Shown here: in pieces, positions 62,323 through 64,000 of the stretch
Layout of the letters: the number at the start of each line of letters is the position of its first letter
Position numbering within the stretch: position 1 is the first letter of the stretch
NCBI GenBank assembly: GCA_965214405.1
Contig: OZ243956.1
Location: 704,001-768,000 of the forward strand
Direction of reading: 5' to 3'
Length of the DNA stretch: 64,000 bases
Source of the DNA: Trueperaceae bacterium
GTDB lineage: Bacteria > Deinococcota > Deinococci > Deinococcales > Trueperaceae
The notes under the pieces: model-generated
What the model was told of the DNA's origin: nothing
Database searches by the model: none
Seen by the model: the letters and a program-made list of their open reading frames with translations, nothing else
Program-made: the position numbers and the translations under genes

Positions 62323-63357
62323 ATGAAAGCAGTCATGAAGCTCTCGCCCGGCGCGGGGAACATCGGCGTCCGGGACATTCCCGAGCCCCAGCCCAGCCCC
62401 GGCCAGGTGCTCATCGAGGTGGCCGCGGCGGGCATCTGCGGCACGGACTTACATATTTACCACGACGAGTTCAAGACTAACCCGCCCGTCGTGCTGGGCC
62501 ACGAGGTAGCCGGTGAGGTGGTCGCCCTGGGCGCGGGCGCCCAAGGCGTGCGGGTGGGGGCTCGAGTCACCACCGAGACCTACTTTTCGACCTGCGGCGT
62601 GTGCCGTTACTGCCGCACCGGGCACCAGAACCTGTGTCTGAACCGCCGCTCCATCGGCTCGGCGGTCAATGGCGGCTTCGCACGTTACGTCGTCGTGCCC
62701 GCCCCCAACGTCCACGAGCTGCCGCCGCAGCTAGGCTTCGAAGCGGGCGCGTTAACCGAGCCGCTGGCCTGCGTGGTTCACGGCGTCCTGTCGGCGCCGA
62801 CGGTGCGTCCGGGCGACTTGGCGGTGGTCGCGGGACCGGGCGCGATCGGGCTGTTGACGCTGCAAGTTTTGAAAGCGGCGGGCGCGACCGTGCTCGTGTT
62901 GGGGACCGAGGCCGACGCCGGAAGGTTGAAGCTGGCTAAGACGTTGGGTGCTGACCACACGCTTAATGTTGAACAGGAAAACGCCGAAACCCTGGTGCGT
63001 GAGTTGAGCCTCGAGGGTCTGGGCGCGGACGTCGTTTACGAGTGCTCGGGCGCAGGACCCGCCGCGCAGACGCTTCTGAGCCTCGTGCGCAGGCGAGGGC
63101 GCTACGTGCAGATTGGCCTTTTCGGCAAGCCCGTCGCCTGGGATTTGGACGAAGTCTGTTACAAGGAACTCACCGTCACGGGCAGCAACGCGAGCGTGCC
63201 CGCCGCCTGGATGGGGGCGCTGCGATTGCTGGCCTCGGGCGCTGTGGACACCAAAGCCCTCATCACCCACACGTTTCCCCTGACCGAGTGGCAAGAAGCC
63301 TTTGCGCGGTTCGAGCGCAAAGAGGGCGTCAAGCTCCTCCTGACGCCGGTGGCCTGA
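62323..63357 (+). CDS. Zn-dependent alcohol/polyol dehydrogenase
   Basis: GICGTD, GHE, C..C..C.......C, GPGAIG. Confidence 0.92.
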   Translation: MKAVMKLSPGAGNIGVRDIPEPQPSPGQVLIEVAAAGICGTDLHIYHDEFKTNPPVVLGHEVAGEVVALGAGAQGVRVGARVTTETYFSTCGVCRYCRTGHQNLCLNRRSIGSAVNGGFARYVVVPAPNVHELPPQLGFEAGALTEPLACVVHGVLSAPTVRPGDLAVVAGPGAIGLLTLQVLKAAGATVLVLGTEADAGRLKLAKTLGADHTLNVEQENAETLVRELSLEGLGADVVYECSGAGPAAQTLLSLVRRRGRYVQIGLFGKPVAWDLDEVCYKELTVTGSNASVPAAWMGALRLLASGAVDTKALITHTFPLTEWQEAFARFERKEGVKLLLTPVA

Positions 63358-63358
63358 G

Positions 63359-64000
63359 ATGCGCCTGAGCGGTCTGGTGGCCCTGGTCACGGGCGCGTCG
63401 CAAACCCGCAGCATCGGCTGGGGGATTGCCAAGACTTTGGCGGAAGAGGGCGCGGACGTGGTGGTAAATGACGCCTATCACCCGGCGGATTTGCAGGCTC
63501 GAGCCCGCGACCTTCGCACGCTAGGACGCCGTTCTTTGGCTTTTCAGGCGGACGTGACGGACGAAGGGCAAGTGGACGAGATGGTGGCGGCGACCGTTAG
63601 AGGCTTGGGACGGCTCGACGTCGTGGTGAGCAACGCGGGCGTCATCCGCTGGGAGCGCTTTCCCGACCTCACGCCCGAAAATGTGAGGGCCATCTTGCGG
63701 GTCAACATCCTGGGCAACGTCAACGTCTGCCGGGCCGCCGCCAAAGAGATGGTTAAACAAAGCGGGGGCGGGCGCGTCATTATCGTGTCGTCGGTGCAGA
63801 GCGACGCGCAGTTTCCCGTTACGCCCGTGTACGGGGCAAGCAAACACGCCATGCACCTTCTCGTCGGGGCGCTGGCGCTCGAGCTTGCCCCCCACCGCGT
63901 CACCGTCAACCACATCGGTCCCGGCTGGGTGCGCTCGCCCCTAAACGACGCCGCGCCCGACCAACAAACACCCGCGGACATAGGGGCGCAACGCGACGCC
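63359..64000 (+). CDS. SDR oxidoreductase, 3' end outside window
   Basis: Manual translation from ATG 63359: LVTGASQTRSIG, VSNAG, YGASK, NHIGPG. Confidence 0.85.
   Translation, partial: MRLSGLVALVTGASQTRSIGWGIAKTLAEEGADVVVNDAYHPADLQARARDLRTLGRRSLAFQADVTDEGQVDEMVAATVRGLGRLDVVVSNAGVIRWERFPDLTPENVRAILRVNILGNVNVCRAAAKEMVKQSGGGRVIIVSSVQSDAQFPVTPVYGASKHAMHLLVGALALELAPHRVTVNHIGPGWVRSPLNDAAPDQQTPADIGAQRDA

Overview
GC-rich bacterial chromosome segment. Gene content and protein style (ClpC, MqnB, TPR-GGDEF, DUF433/DUF5615, many apparently leaderless genes) suggest Deinococcota, possibly Truepera-like; this is an inference. It carries core genes (thiolase, ndh, fba, mqnB, ftsY, gltX, uppP, rplM-rpsI, clpC-radA-PIN/TRAM, glyQS) and a form II coxG-S-L-M/coxD-E molybdoenzyme locus split by a lower-GC STAND-like ATPase + TPR pair. 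Also present: toxin-antitoxin modules, tRNA-Ser(CGA) followed by a decaying accessory region (small co-oriented genes, an IS4-family element with a 9-bp TSD inside a pseudogene, two c-di-GMP enzymes, an ANT-like nucleotidyltransferase), and a GntR-controlled sugar-catabolic/ABC cluster running off the right end. Most notable observations: (1) a VKOR-like gene joined in frame across a single UAG to an FAD oxidoreductase with no canonical start before its Rossmann motif; (2) the ATPase/TPR candidate conflict module; (3) a DEDDy exonuclease-WYL fusion; (4) strong over-representation of the palindrome CTCGAG, including in hairpins; (5) a cassette-like gene row with a degenerate attC-like hairpin. 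All calls come from reading the sequence by eye; no searches were run.
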